NCBI GenBank assembly: GCA_035696925.1
Contig: DASSDW010000264.1
Coordinates: forward strand, 1 to 48,272
DNA: 48,272 nucleotides
Direction of reading: 5' to 3'
Source: Actinomycetota bacterium
GTDB taxonomy: Bacteria; Actinomycetota; UBA4738; HRBIN12
Positions 1-7,812 of this stretch are shown here, piece by piece. The notes beneath the pieces are model-generated. The model was not told the origin of the DNA, did no database searches, and saw nothing but the letters and a program-made list of their open reading frames with translations. A program made the translations under genes and the position numbers. Each line of letters begins with the position of its first letter. Position 1 is the stretch's first letter.

Positions 1-1662
1 TACGCGCGGCATCACGCCGGCGGGTTGATGATCGGAGCATTCGAGCCGAACGGACGCCCTCGCTCGACCGGATCGATACCCGACGAGTGGGCGTTCGGGG
101 AGTTCGGCCCCGACTGGGAGCACTTCGCGCCGACGCGAGCGAACGCGACGCGGCGGATCCCTGCGCTCGAAAAGGCGGAGTTCACGCGCTTCCTCCGCGC
201 CCCCGAGTCCTTCACCCCGGACGTGAACTTCTGCCTCGGCGAGACGGCCGAGGTGCGGAACCTCTTCGTGGCCGCCGGGTTCAACTCGCAGGGGATCATC
301 TACTCGCCGGGGGCGGGTCGCGCCCTTGCCGAGTGGATCCGGGAGGGCGGTCCCACGTTCGACGCCTCCGAGGTCGACGTTCGAAGGTTCTCATCGTCGC
401 AAGCGAACGAGCACTACCTCCATGAGCGGACGAAGGAGGCGCTCGGCCGGCTCTACGCGATGCACTGGCCGAACCTCCAGGCGAGCACCGCGCGCGGCAT
501 CAGACGCTCTCCTCTGTACGACCGTCTTGAGGAAGCGGGTGCCTGCTTCGGTGAGCTCAACCAGTGGGAGCGCCCGATGTGGTTCGCGCCGCCCGGCGTT
601 CGGCCGGACTACGAGTACTCCTTCGGGCGGCAGAACTGGTGCCCGTACGCGGCCGAGGAGCACCGCGCCGCACGAGAGGCCGTGGCGCTCTTCGACCTGA
701 GCTCGTTCGCCAAGATCGAGGCGACCGGCGCGAACGCCCTACCTCTGCTCCAACGGGTGTGCACGAACGACGTCGACATAGGTGTCGGACGCCTGGTCTA
801 CACCCTCTTCCTGAACCTCCGTGGCGGGATCGAGAACGACGGGACCGTCACGCGCCTGGCCGCCGAACGGTTCCTCGTGATCACGCCGACGGCGACGCAG
901 CACCGGACGGTCGAGTGGCTCCGAGCCGAGGCCGACGGCGGGACCGTCTCGATCGACGACGTGACGAGCGCATACGCCACGATCGCCCTGATGGGGCCGC
1001 GGAGCCGTGAGCTGCTGGGAAGCCTCACCGCGGCCGACCTCTCGAACGAGGGCTTCCCGTTCTTCTCGGCGCAGGAGATCGAGGTCGCGAGCGCGCCGAT
1101 CCTCGCGATCCGTGCCTCCTTCGTCGGTGAGCTCGGCTGGGAGCTGTACGTGCCGTCGGAGTTCGCCGTGCACGTGTACGACGCGATCGTCGAGGCGGGG
1201 AAGGGGTTCGGCCTCCGACAAGCCGGCTACCACGCGCTCGACTCGCTCCGGATCGAGAAGGGCTTCGTGCACGTCGGCCACGACGTCGGTCCGACCGACG
1301 ATCCGTTCTCGGCCGGACTCGGACACGTCGTGAACCTGGGGAAGGACTTCGTCGGTGCCGAGGCGGCTCGCCGCGCGAACGACACGCCGGGATCGCATCG
1401 ACTCGCGAGCCTCACGCTCGATGATCCGGAGACAGTCCTCCTCCACGGCGAGTCCGTGATCGCCGACGGGAAGATCGTGGGCACGGTGATGTCCGCGGCC
1501 TACGCGCACACGATCGGCGCGGCCGTAGGACTGGCGATGGTGGAGGCTTCGGTCGTCGCGGACGAGACACCGGTCCAGGTGGATGTCGCAGGCGAGATGG
1601 TGAAGGCCACGCTCTCCGTCGGCCCGCTCTACGACCCGAGCGGTGCTCGGATGCGTGCCTGA
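1..1662 (+). CDS. FAD-dependent oxidoreductase fused to a GcvT-type folate-binding domain (dimethylglycine/sarcosine dehydrogenase family); 5' end cut by the window edge
   Basis: Frame 1 is open from nt 1 (track ORF 25..1662). The tail of a DAO domain is followed by GcvT-like motifs (RSPLYDRLEEAGACFGE, FVGELGWELYVP, GYHALDSLRIEKGF). GC3 is high. Confidence 0.85.
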   Translation, partial: YARHHAGGLMIGAFEPNGRPRSTGSIPDEWAFGEFGPDWEHFAPTRANATRRIPALEKAEFTRFLRAPESFTPDVNFCLGETAEVRNLFVAAGFNSQGIIYSPGAGRALAEWIREGGPTFDASEVDVRRFSSSQANEHYLHERTKEALGRLYAMHWPNLQASTARGIRRSPLYDRLEEAGACFGELNQWERPMWFAPPGVRPDYEYSFGRQNWCPYAAEEHRAAREAVALFDLSSFAKIEATGANALPLLQRVCTNDVDIGVGRLVYTLFLNLRGGIENDGTVTRLAAERFLVITPTATQHRTVEWLRAEADGGTVSIDDVTSAYATIALMGPRSRELLGSLTAADLSNEGFPFFSAQEIEVASAPILAIRASFVGELGWELYVPSEFAVHVYDAIVEAGKGFGLRQAGYHALDSLRIEKGFVHVGHDVGPTDDPFSAGLGHVVNLGKDFVGAEAARRANDTPGSHRLASLTLDDPETVLLHGESVIADGKIVGTVMSAAYAHTIGAAVGLAMVEASVVADETPVQVDVAGEMVKATLSVGPLYDPSGARMRA

Positions 1663-1682
1663 CCCGAAGTAGCCTGGAGGAC

Positions 1683-2888
1683 GTGCCCCCACACCAGGTC
1701 GCCCTCCGGCGGCGTTCCGTCGTGTTCGCCGCCGCGCTCCTCGCCGTCGTCGCCGGGTTCTTGTTCTGGCCGTCTCAGGATGCCGCACCGGTTCGCTCGA
1801 ACCTCGGCGAGGGAACGAGCTCGCCCTACTCGGGGCCCGACAACTACCTCGCGTGGGTCCCGGGTGGCTTCGACGATCCCGCCTTCCGCCAGAAGATGGA
1901 ACGCCTGCCCGGCCTCGACCAGGTGGTAGTGGTCGCGGGCGACACGCTGTGGCTGCGCAGGACCGAGGATGCTCAGGGGTTGGTGGTGGACGAGCCCAAG
2001 AGCCCGTTCGCGTTCCCGATCGATGCGTTCGCGGTGGACGCGAACGACTACGCGCCGTTCGTCGGCGCGAGCGTCCGCGAGGAGATCGTCCGGGCGCTCG
2101 GTGCTGGCCGGGCGGTGCTGGGTGAGCACAGCGCGAGACTCCGCCGCCTCGGCCCCGGCGGCAGGCTCGTGTTCCGGACCGGATCGGTCCGGGTCGGCGC
2201 GGTCGTCCCCGACGACGCGGTCGGGTGGTCCGAGGTGCTCCTGAACCGCGAGGTCGGCCGCCGGCTGGGGATCGCGCACGAGCGGTACCTCCTGGCGCAG
2301 CCGTCCGAGGCGCTCACGCGTCAAGTCTGGAAACAGAAGCTCCTCCCCTTCGTGGGCGAGGACCCCCTCCGGGTCGACGTCGCGGGCTCGACGAGGTACG
2401 TGCGGGTCGCGAGCGGTGTGCGGCCCCCGATCCTCGTGAAGCAGCGCTTCGGTGAGTTCGCCGCGACACCGCAGGCGGACCCGGCGTACCTGACGATCGA
2501 CCCCGCCTGGGTCGAACGGAACATCGTCACGAGGGAGGTGCCGTTGCTCGGGACGGTGACGTGTCACCGGAAGCTGATCCCCATGGTCCGCGGCGCGCTC
2601 TACGAGATCGCCGCGTCGGGCCTCGCGTCGGAGGTCAAGGTCTACTCCGGATGCTGGGCGTCCCGCACGGTCTCGCGGAGCCCGACGGCGCCGCCTTCGT
2701 ACCACGCGTACGGCGCCGCGATCGACTTCAACGCACCCCAGAATCCATACGGAACGAAGCCCACGATGAACCCCGAGATCGTCCGGATCTTCGAGAGCTG
2801 GGGTTTCAACTGGGGCGGCGACTTCCTGATCCCCGACGGCCACCATTTCGAGTTCTGGCGCATCCCGGATCACCTCAGAGCAACCTAG
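1683..2888 (+). CDS. Membrane-anchored peptidase M15 family protein (VanY / D-Ala-D-Ala carboxypeptidase-like C-terminal domain) with a roughly 290-aa N-terminal region of unknown function
   Basis: GTG start. N-terminal TM helix (VVFAAALLAVVAGFLFW). The C-terminus carries zinc-ligand motifs typical of M15: SYHAYGAAIDFN and DGHHFEF. Confidence 0.75.
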   Translation: MPPHQVALRRRSVVFAAALLAVVAGFLFWPSQDAAPVRSNLGEGTSSPYSGPDNYLAWVPGGFDDPAFRQKMERLPGLDQVVVVAGDTLWLRRTEDAQGLVVDEPKSPFAFPIDAFAVDANDYAPFVGASVREEIVRALGAGRAVLGEHSARLRRLGPGGRLVFRTGSVRVGAVVPDDAVGWSEVLLNREVGRRLGIAHERYLLAQPSEALTRQVWKQKLLPFVGEDPLRVDVAGSTRYVRVASGVRPPILVKQRFGEFAATPQADPAYLTIDPAWVERNIVTREVPLLGTVTCHRKLIPMVRGALYEIAASGLASEVKVYSGCWASRTVSRSPTAPPSYHAYGAAIDFNAPQNPYGTKPTMNPEIVRIFESWGFNWGGDFLIPDGHHFEFWRIPDHLRAT

Positions 2889-2935
2889 GACGCATCTCCC
2901 GATCCACGTCGTGTTTCAGCCTGAAGGCAGGTGCG

Positions 2936-4435
2936 TTACGCCGCGACAGGCGGTCCGAACCAGGTCGTGAGCGCGTCGGTGAGCCCGCGTCGGGAGAGGT
3001 CCTCTCCCACCCAGGCCACGTGTCCGTCGGGCCGGATCAGTACGGCCGTGGGAGCGGTGATCGTCCCGATCGCCGGAAGCTCCCACGGACCAACGAATCC
3101 GGCGTCGATCGCCTGAACGCGGTCGGCCCAAGGAGTGATGTCGAAGGTGCCCGGCTCACCGAGGTTGAGGAGCAGCGGCCGGGCATCGTGCAGCAGGGTG
3201 AAGACGCGCAGCGGGCCGTCGGCGGTGACCAGGTCGAGATCGGGCATGCGGCGTCCGAGCAGCGGGTGTCCTTCCCCGAGGTCGTACCGGATATCCAGAC
3301 CCGACATCCTCGCGGCGAATCGTGTACGCGGCTCGTCCATGCTCAACAGTTCGGACACGACGTCGCGCAGCGCCTCGATGCGATCGTCGACGCGCATGAG
3401 TGCGACTTGCGCCATCGAGTCGCGCAGCACGCGGGCGGCGACCGGGTGACGCTCGGCATGGTAGGTGTCCAACAGGCTCTCCGGCGTCGTCCGGTGGACC
3501 ACCTGGGCCAGCTTCCAGCCCAAGTTGACCGCATCCTGCACGCCGGTGTTGAGGCCCTGTCCACCCACCGGGGAATGCACGTGCGCAGCGTCGCCGGCCA
3601 GCAGGACCCGTCCCTCGCGGTAGGTCGCGGCCTGCCGGGTCATGTCGGTGAACCTGGAGATGAAGGTGGGACTGTGGATCCCGTAATCGGTCCCGTAGAC
3701 GGCGATAAGACCTTCGCTGAGATCGCGAAGGGTGGGCTCGTTCGTGCCGATCTCGGACTCGGTCAGCATGACCCCGACCGTCCCTCCTGGCTTGTAGACG
3801 ACCTCGCCGTCCTCGATCTCGTACTCGACCTTGCCGAGGGCGTGCATGCCCGAGGGAGTGCGGCGGATGCCCGATTCCGGCTCCTCGGTCATCTCGACCT
3901 GGGCGATCAGGCTGCTGGTGGTTGGATCCCACCCGGGGAACTCGATGCCGGCCGCCTTCCGGACCAGACTGCGTCCTCCGTCGCATCCGACGAGATACGC
4001 GGCCCGGAGCGACCCGCCGTCGGACAGCGCGATGTCGACGCCGGTGTCGTCCTGTGCGAAACCCGTCACCTCCCGCCCGCGGTAGAACCGCACCGGCAGC
4101 TCGTCGACCCAGGCGGCGAGGATGCGCTCGATGTGGTTCTGCCACAGCCCGAGCCCGTAGTTGTGGCGCGTCGGGAAGTCGCTGATGCCCAACGGCGTCC
4201 CGGCGAACCCCGCGACCTGAGCCTTCTTGCCCTCCGCGAGGAATCGGTCGGCGATCCCGCGCTGATCAAGGACCTCGATGGTGCGTGCGTGCAGGCCGCC
4301 TGCGCGCGAGCCGGGGAGGTCCTGGCTGGCGCGCCGCTCGACGATGGCGACGTCGACGCCCGCGAGCGCCAACTCGCCCGCCAGCATCAGCCCGGTCGGA
4401 CCTCCTCCGGCGATCACCACCGCATGCTCGGTCAT
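2936..4435 (-). CDS. FAD-dependent aromatic-ring monooxygenase (PheA/TfdB, PgaE/RdmE-like) with a C-terminal thioredoxin-like domain
   Basis: MTEHAVVIAGGGPTGLMLAGELA (GxGxxG dinucleotide fold), GDAAHVHSPVGGQGLNTGVQDAVNLGWKLA (DG/GD FAD motifs). I chose the ATG at 4435, with AGGA about 12 nt upstream. In-frame ATGs at 4447 and 4495 are alternatives. Confidence 0.85.
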   Translation of the reverse strand: MTEHAVVIAGGGPTGLMLAGELALAGVDVAIVERRASQDLPGSRAGGLHARTIEVLDQRGIADRFLAEGKKAQVAGFAGTPLGISDFPTRHNYGLGLWQNHIERILAAWVDELPVRFYRGREVTGFAQDDTGVDIALSDGGSLRAAYLVGCDGGRSLVRKAAGIEFPGWDPTTSSLIAQVEMTEEPESGIRRTPSGMHALGKVEYEIEDGEVVYKPGGTVGVMLTESEIGTNEPTLRDLSEGLIAVYGTDYGIHSPTFISRFTDMTRQAATYREGRVLLAGDAAHVHSPVGGQGLNTGVQDAVNLGWKLAQVVHRTTPESLLDTYHAERHPVAARVLRDSMAQVALMRVDDRIEALRDVVSELLSMDEPRTRFAARMSGLDIRYDLGEGHPLLGRRMPDLDLVTADGPLRVFTLLHDARPLLLNLGEPGTFDITPWADRVQAIDAGFVGPWELPAIGTITAPTAVLIRPDGHVAWVGEDLSRRGLTDALTTWFGPPVAA

Positions 4436-4484
4436 ACCCGCGTCCATCCTCGCAGTTGCGGAACCGATCCCCCGGGGACCCGAC

Positions 4485-4514
4485 TTGACATGCAACTTCT
4501 TGGTTGCGTATGCT
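4485..4514 (+). promoter_or_regulatory. Near-consensus sigma70-type promoter: TTGACA, 18 nt spacer, TATGCT
   Basis: TTGACA at 4485-4490 and TATGCT at 4509-4514, in an AT-richer island 50 nt upstream of the SRPBCC gene ATG (4564). The RBS GGAAGGAGAGGAG lies just before the ATG. Confidence 0.55.
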
Positions 4515-4536
4515 CAAACGCAACTGAACGGTTGCG
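4491..4536. promoter_or_regulatory. Two copies of the inverted repeat (C/T)GCAAC-N6-GTTGCG; putative ArsR-family operator pair
   Basis: IR1 is TGCAAC-ttcttg-GTTGCG at 4491-4508 and fills the -35/-10 spacer. IR2 is CGCAAC-tgaacg-GTTGCG at 4519-4536, a perfect 6-6-6 palindrome just downstream of the -10. An extra half-site, GTTGCG, lies at 4455-4460. Confidence 0.5.
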
Positions 4537-4563
4537 GAAGGAGCGGAAGGAGAGGAGCCCGAG

Positions 4564-4992
4564 ATGGAGATCCCAGATGAGGTCAGGAGAGAGCTGGAGA
4601 TCCACGCACCTCGGGAACGGGTGTGGGCAGCGCTCACGGAGCCTGAGCAGCTCCTCCGCTGGTTCCCGGACAAGCGCGCCGAGATCGACTTGCGCCCGGG
4701 CGGCGACGCCGTCCTGGAATGGGACGAGGCCACAGCAGAAGCCGTGGTCGACGTGGTGGAGCCACCGGGCCACTTCGTGTTCCGATGGCGGCCGGAGGGA
4801 CTCGGGCGCCCGTTCACGACCGTTTCGTTCACGCTCGAGGAGCTCGAAGACGGCGCGTCGACGCGCGTGCGGCTCGTCGAGTCCGGATTCGCCTCGCTCC
4901 CGGATCAGATCGAGACCCAGTCGCAGAAGGGCAACGACGAGGGCTGGGCGCACGAGCTTCAGGAGCTCAAGGAGTACCTGGAGGCCGCATGA
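4564..4992 (+). CDS. SRPBCC superfamily protein (AHSA1 / activator of Hsp90 ATPase homolog-like domain)
   Basis: Strong RBS. Sequence is typical of AHSA1-type SRPBCC proteins (ELEIHAPRERVWAALTEPEQLLRWF, RVRLVESGF, GWAHELQELKEYLE). Confidence 0.85.
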   Translation: MEIPDEVRRELEIHAPRERVWAALTEPEQLLRWFPDKRAEIDLRPGGDAVLEWDEATAEAVVDVVEPPGHFVFRWRPEGLGRPFTTVSFTLEELEDGASTRVRLVESGFASLPDQIETQSQKGNDEGWAHELQELKEYLEAA

Positions 4993-5339
4993 CCCCAGAT
5001 CCCGCCGGCGCGGTCTTCGCTGCGCTCGCCGACCCCACACGGCGGCGCGTCGTGCACGAGCTGTCGAAGGACGGCCCGCTGACCGCCACGGAGCTCGCTC
5101 GTCGGATCCCGGTTTCACGCCAGGCCATCGCGAAGCACTTCGACGCGCTGGAGGAAGCGGACCTCGCCACCGCCACCCGTGTCGGTCGCGAGAACCGCTA
5201 CGAGTTGCGCACCCGGGCCTTCGCCGAGGCGGAGGCCTGGATGCGCGCCATCGGGGCGATGTGGGATCAACGCCTCGCCGCATTCAAGGAGTTCGTGGAG
5301 TCGGCGCCCTCGGGCTCGACGGGAAGGAGGAAGCGATGA
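4989..5339 (+). CDS. ArsR/SmtB family winged-helix transcriptional regulator
   Basis: ATGA overlap with the upstream stop (ATG 4989, TGA 4990-4992). FAALADPTRRRVVHELSKDGPLTATELARRIPVSRQAIAKHFDALEEADL is a canonical ArsR HTH. Confidence 0.85.
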   Translation: MTPDPAGAVFAALADPTRRRVVHELSKDGPLTATELARRIPVSRQAIAKHFDALEEADLATATRVGRENRYELRTRAFAEAEAWMRAIGAMWDQRLAAFKEFVESAPSGSTGRRKR

Positions 5340-5458
5340 TCGGTGCCGTGCATCCGGAGGTGAGCAGGGAACTCCAACGCGCACGCCGGGACGAGATCGT
5401 GCGAGCACTGAAGGGGTGCCGCCGCGCGTCCGGTCGGTCTCGGAAGGAGCAGCGATGA
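5336..5458 (+). CDS. Candidate 40-aa small basic protein, coupled to both neighbouring genes
   Basis: Its ATG (5336) overlaps the arsR stop as ATGA, and its TGA (5456-5458) overlaps the next gene's ATG (5455) as ATGA. Peptide: MIGAVHPEVSRELQRARRDEIVRALKGCRRASGRSRKEQR. GC3 is only about 75%, so coding status is uncertain. Confidence 0.3.
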   Translation: MIGAVHPEVSRELQRARRDEIVRALKGCRRASGRSRKEQR

Positions 5459-5949
5459 CGACCCCGAAGACAGACGAAGAAGCGATCGACGAACCCGTCC
5501 GCAAGCGCGTCCGCGTCGACCGAACCGCGGAAGAAGCCTTCCGACTGTTCACGGAGCACATCGACCGATGGTGGCCCGCGGAACTTTTCTCACGGGCCGC
5601 CGACGAGCAATACGGCGACGGCGTCAAGGTGGAACGCGTCGTCTTCGAGACTCGCGCCGGTGGGCGCCTCTACGAGGTCACGTCCGAGGGTGTCGAAGGC
5701 GTCTGGGCTGAGGTCGTCGCCTTCGAGCCACCCTCCCGGATCGTGCTCGCGTGGAAGCCGAACGACCGGCCGGAACCGCCGACCGAGGTCGAGATCGTCT
5801 TCGAACCCGACGGCGAGGGGACGGTCGTGAGGCTCGAGCACCGAGGTTGGGCAAGACTCGGCGCTCGCGCCGCGGAAGCCCGGCAGGGTCACGACGGCGG
5901 ATGGCAGGTCCCGTTGGAGCGCTTCGTCGCCGCCGCGGCCGCCGGATAG
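5455..5949 (+). CDS. SRPBCC superfamily protein (AHSA1-like), second copy
   Basis: RBS GGAAGGAG. RVRVDRTAEEAFRLFTEHIDRWWP and TVVRLEHRGW are typical of AHSA1-type SRPBCC proteins. Confidence 0.85.
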   Translation: MTTPKTDEEAIDEPVRKRVRVDRTAEEAFRLFTEHIDRWWPAELFSRAADEQYGDGVKVERVVFETRAGGRLYEVTSEGVEGVWAEVVAFEPPSRIVLAWKPNDRPEPPTEVEIVFEPDGEGTVVRLEHRGWARLGARAAEARQGHDGGWQVPLERFVAAAAAG

Positions 5950-5959
5950 GCTCGAGACG

Positions 5960-6226
5960 ATGGCGATCGTCAGGCTGCGCGCGCCGCTCAGTGACCTCGC
6001 CGGTGGGAACCGTGAGGTCACGATCGACGGTGCATCGGTGGGCGAGGTCCTGCAGGAGCTCGAGCGGCAACACCCGAGGATCGAGGGCTGGGTCCTGGAC
6101 GAACACGGCCGGGTGCGCCTGCACGTGAACGTCTTCGTGAACGGTGAACGCGTCCGGGAGGACGCGGCGGTCGCCTCCGACGCGACCGTGCACGTCCTCC
6201 CGTCGATCTCAGGAGGCGAGCGATGA
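5960..6226 (+). CDS. MoaD/ThiS family ubiquitin-like beta-grasp protein
   Basis: 88 aa. VNVFVNGERV...ATVHVLPSISGGER shows the MoaD/ThiS pattern, with a C-terminal GG followed by two extra residues. Confidence 0.8.
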   Translation: MAIVRLRAPLSDLAGGNREVTIDGASVGEVLQELERQHPRIEGWVLDEHGRVRLHVNVFVNGERVREDAAVASDATVHVLPSISGGER

Positions 6227-7293
6227 CGGAGCTGCTGGTCGGTACGAAGAAAGGACTGTTCGTCCTCCGCGGCGACGCCGGCGCGGAGAAGCCGTTCGAC
6301 GTCGCGGCCCGCGCGTTCCCCGGCAACGTCGTGGAGTTCGCGATCCGCGATCCCCGGAGCGGCCGCTACTTCGCGTCCGTGACCTCCGGGCACTTCGGCC
6401 CTCGCGTGATGCACACGATGGATCCCACGGGCGACTGGGAGCCGACGACCGGACTCGGGTACCCCGAAGGGAGCGATTGGAGCCTGGAACGGATCTGGTC
6501 GATCAAGCCGGGTGAGGCCGACGGCCTGATGTACGCGGGCGTCGCGCCGGCCGGGCTGTTCGCCTCCACCGACGGCGGGATGACCTGGGAGCTGAACCGG
6601 GCGCTCTACGACCAGCCCACCCGCTCGTCGTGGCAGCCTGGCGCCGGCGGACTCTGCCTCCACTCGATCGCCACGTGGCCGGGAGATCCCTCGCGGCTCG
6701 CCATCGGGATCTCCGCGGTCGGCGTGTGGCTGAGCGAGGACGGCGGCGAGTCGTGGCGCCACGGCAACGAGGGTCTGGTCCCCCGGTACATCCCCGAGGA
6801 CGCGAGGGAAGGAACTCTGGACCTCTGCGTCCACAACATGCACCGGGCGCCGCTCCGACCGGAACGGCTGTTCATGCAGTTCCACGGCGGCGTCTACCGT
6901 AGCGACGACGCGGGCGAGAGCTGGATCTCGATCGCAGACGGCCTCCCAGCGGACTTCGGGTTCCCGATGGTGCTCGATCCGGCCGATCCCGACTCCGCCT
7001 TCGTGATCCCGATGAACAGCGACGGCGACCGCGTCACGGTCGACGGGCGAGCGCGTGTCTACGGCACGCGCGATGCGGGCGAATCGTGGACGTCGCTGAG
7101 CGACGGGCTCCCCCAGGAGGACGCCTTCCTCACGATCCTCCGACAGGCGTTCGCGGCCGACGGAGAGGGCGCTGGGATGGGCCTGTACTTCGGGGCCACG
7201 TCCGGCGACGTGTTCGGGTCCGCCGACGCGGGAGCCTCGTGGTTCACGGCACACGAGCGGCTCGCGCCCGTGAACTCCGTCCGAGTCGCCTAG
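6223..7293 (+). CDS. BNR/Asp-box repeat beta-propeller protein (sialidase-fold superfamily); no signal peptide
   Basis: ATGA overlap with the MoaD-like stop. Five Asp-boxes: STDGGMTW, SEDGGESW, SDDAGESW, TRDAGESW, SADAGASW. The N-terminus MTELLVGTKKGLFVL is not a secretion signal. Confidence 0.8.
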   Translation: MTELLVGTKKGLFVLRGDAGAEKPFDVAARAFPGNVVEFAIRDPRSGRYFASVTSGHFGPRVMHTMDPTGDWEPTTGLGYPEGSDWSLERIWSIKPGEADGLMYAGVAPAGLFASTDGGMTWELNRALYDQPTRSSWQPGAGGLCLHSIATWPGDPSRLAIGISAVGVWLSEDGGESWRHGNEGLVPRYIPEDAREGTLDLCVHNMHRAPLRPERLFMQFHGGVYRSDDAGESWISIADGLPADFGFPMVLDPADPDSAFVIPMNSDGDRVTVDGRARVYGTRDAGESWTSLSDGLPQEDAFLTILRQAFAADGEGAGMGLYFGATSGDVFGSADAGASWFTAHERLAPVNSVRVA

Positions 7294-7352
7294 TCAGGCC
7301 TCGGATCCGCGAACCTCCCCGGCGTGTCAGTGGGGGGGTTCATGATGGGCGC

Positions 7353-7607
7353 ATGGGAGAGATCGTCTCGCTCGCGGAGTATCGCGAACGCCAGAACCCC
7401 GGGCTCGTCATGATGCAGCGCCTGGAGCGAGCGGTCGGCCGGTTGGATGTGGTGGTCCAGCGGCGACCGGGGAAGATGGCGCCCACGGTCGAGCGCGAGC
7501 TCCTGTTGATCGCGCGCGCGGTCTCGTCGGGCATGCCCCGCGACGCGGCGGATCGTGCCGAGCGGCTCGCGGACCTGTTGGAGCATCCGGCGGCGTCCGG
7601 CTCCTGA
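7353..7607 (+). CDS. Hypothetical protein (84 aa)
   Basis: ATG-initiated ORF with high GC3 in the only unoccupied frame (MGEIVSLAEYRERQNPGLVMMQRLERAVG...). No recognisable domain. Confidence 0.45.
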   Translation: MGEIVSLAEYRERQNPGLVMMQRLERAVGRLDVVVQRRPGKMAPTVERELLLIARAVSSGMPRDAADRAERLADLLEHPAASGS

Positions 7608-7812
7608 CCTCCGCCGTTGCGGTCCATCACGAGGCGGGTGTACGGTCGGAGCGCTATCGAGAGGTAGCTGCGGGGGGAGCAGAACCCACGCGCGAGTCTT
7701 GCCGCGGGAGGCATGCTCAGGTCCCCGGGCCACGTGAGGTCCGGCAACCCGAGCACGATGCAGACGAGACGCCTGATACCTGCTCCTCCCGCTCTCTCGT
7801 CTCCGGGCGCCG

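Noticed and set aside
2561-5458. 965-aa plus-strand ORF, the second-longest plus-strand ORF in the track
   Set aside because: It is extremely Arg/Pro/Gly-rich with no domain signature. It runs antisense through the well-supported FAD monooxygenase and out of frame through the SRPBCC and ArsR genes. This is typical of a high-GC artefact. Only its last 40 codons are kept as a low-confidence small ORF.
5590-7254. 554-aa minus-strand ORF
   Set aside because: It is antisense to the SRPBCC, MoaD-like and BNR genes, all of which have motifs, RBSs and coupled junctions. Its composition is low-complexity Arg/Pro/Gly-rich.
7640-7790. Passing resemblance to a ydaO-type (c-di-AMP) riboswitch core (GCGGGGGGAGCAGAACCCA)
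   Set aside because: Only one short block is similar. I could not find the second pseudo-symmetric half. The region lies between convergent genes, so neither strand has a downstream gene to regulate.
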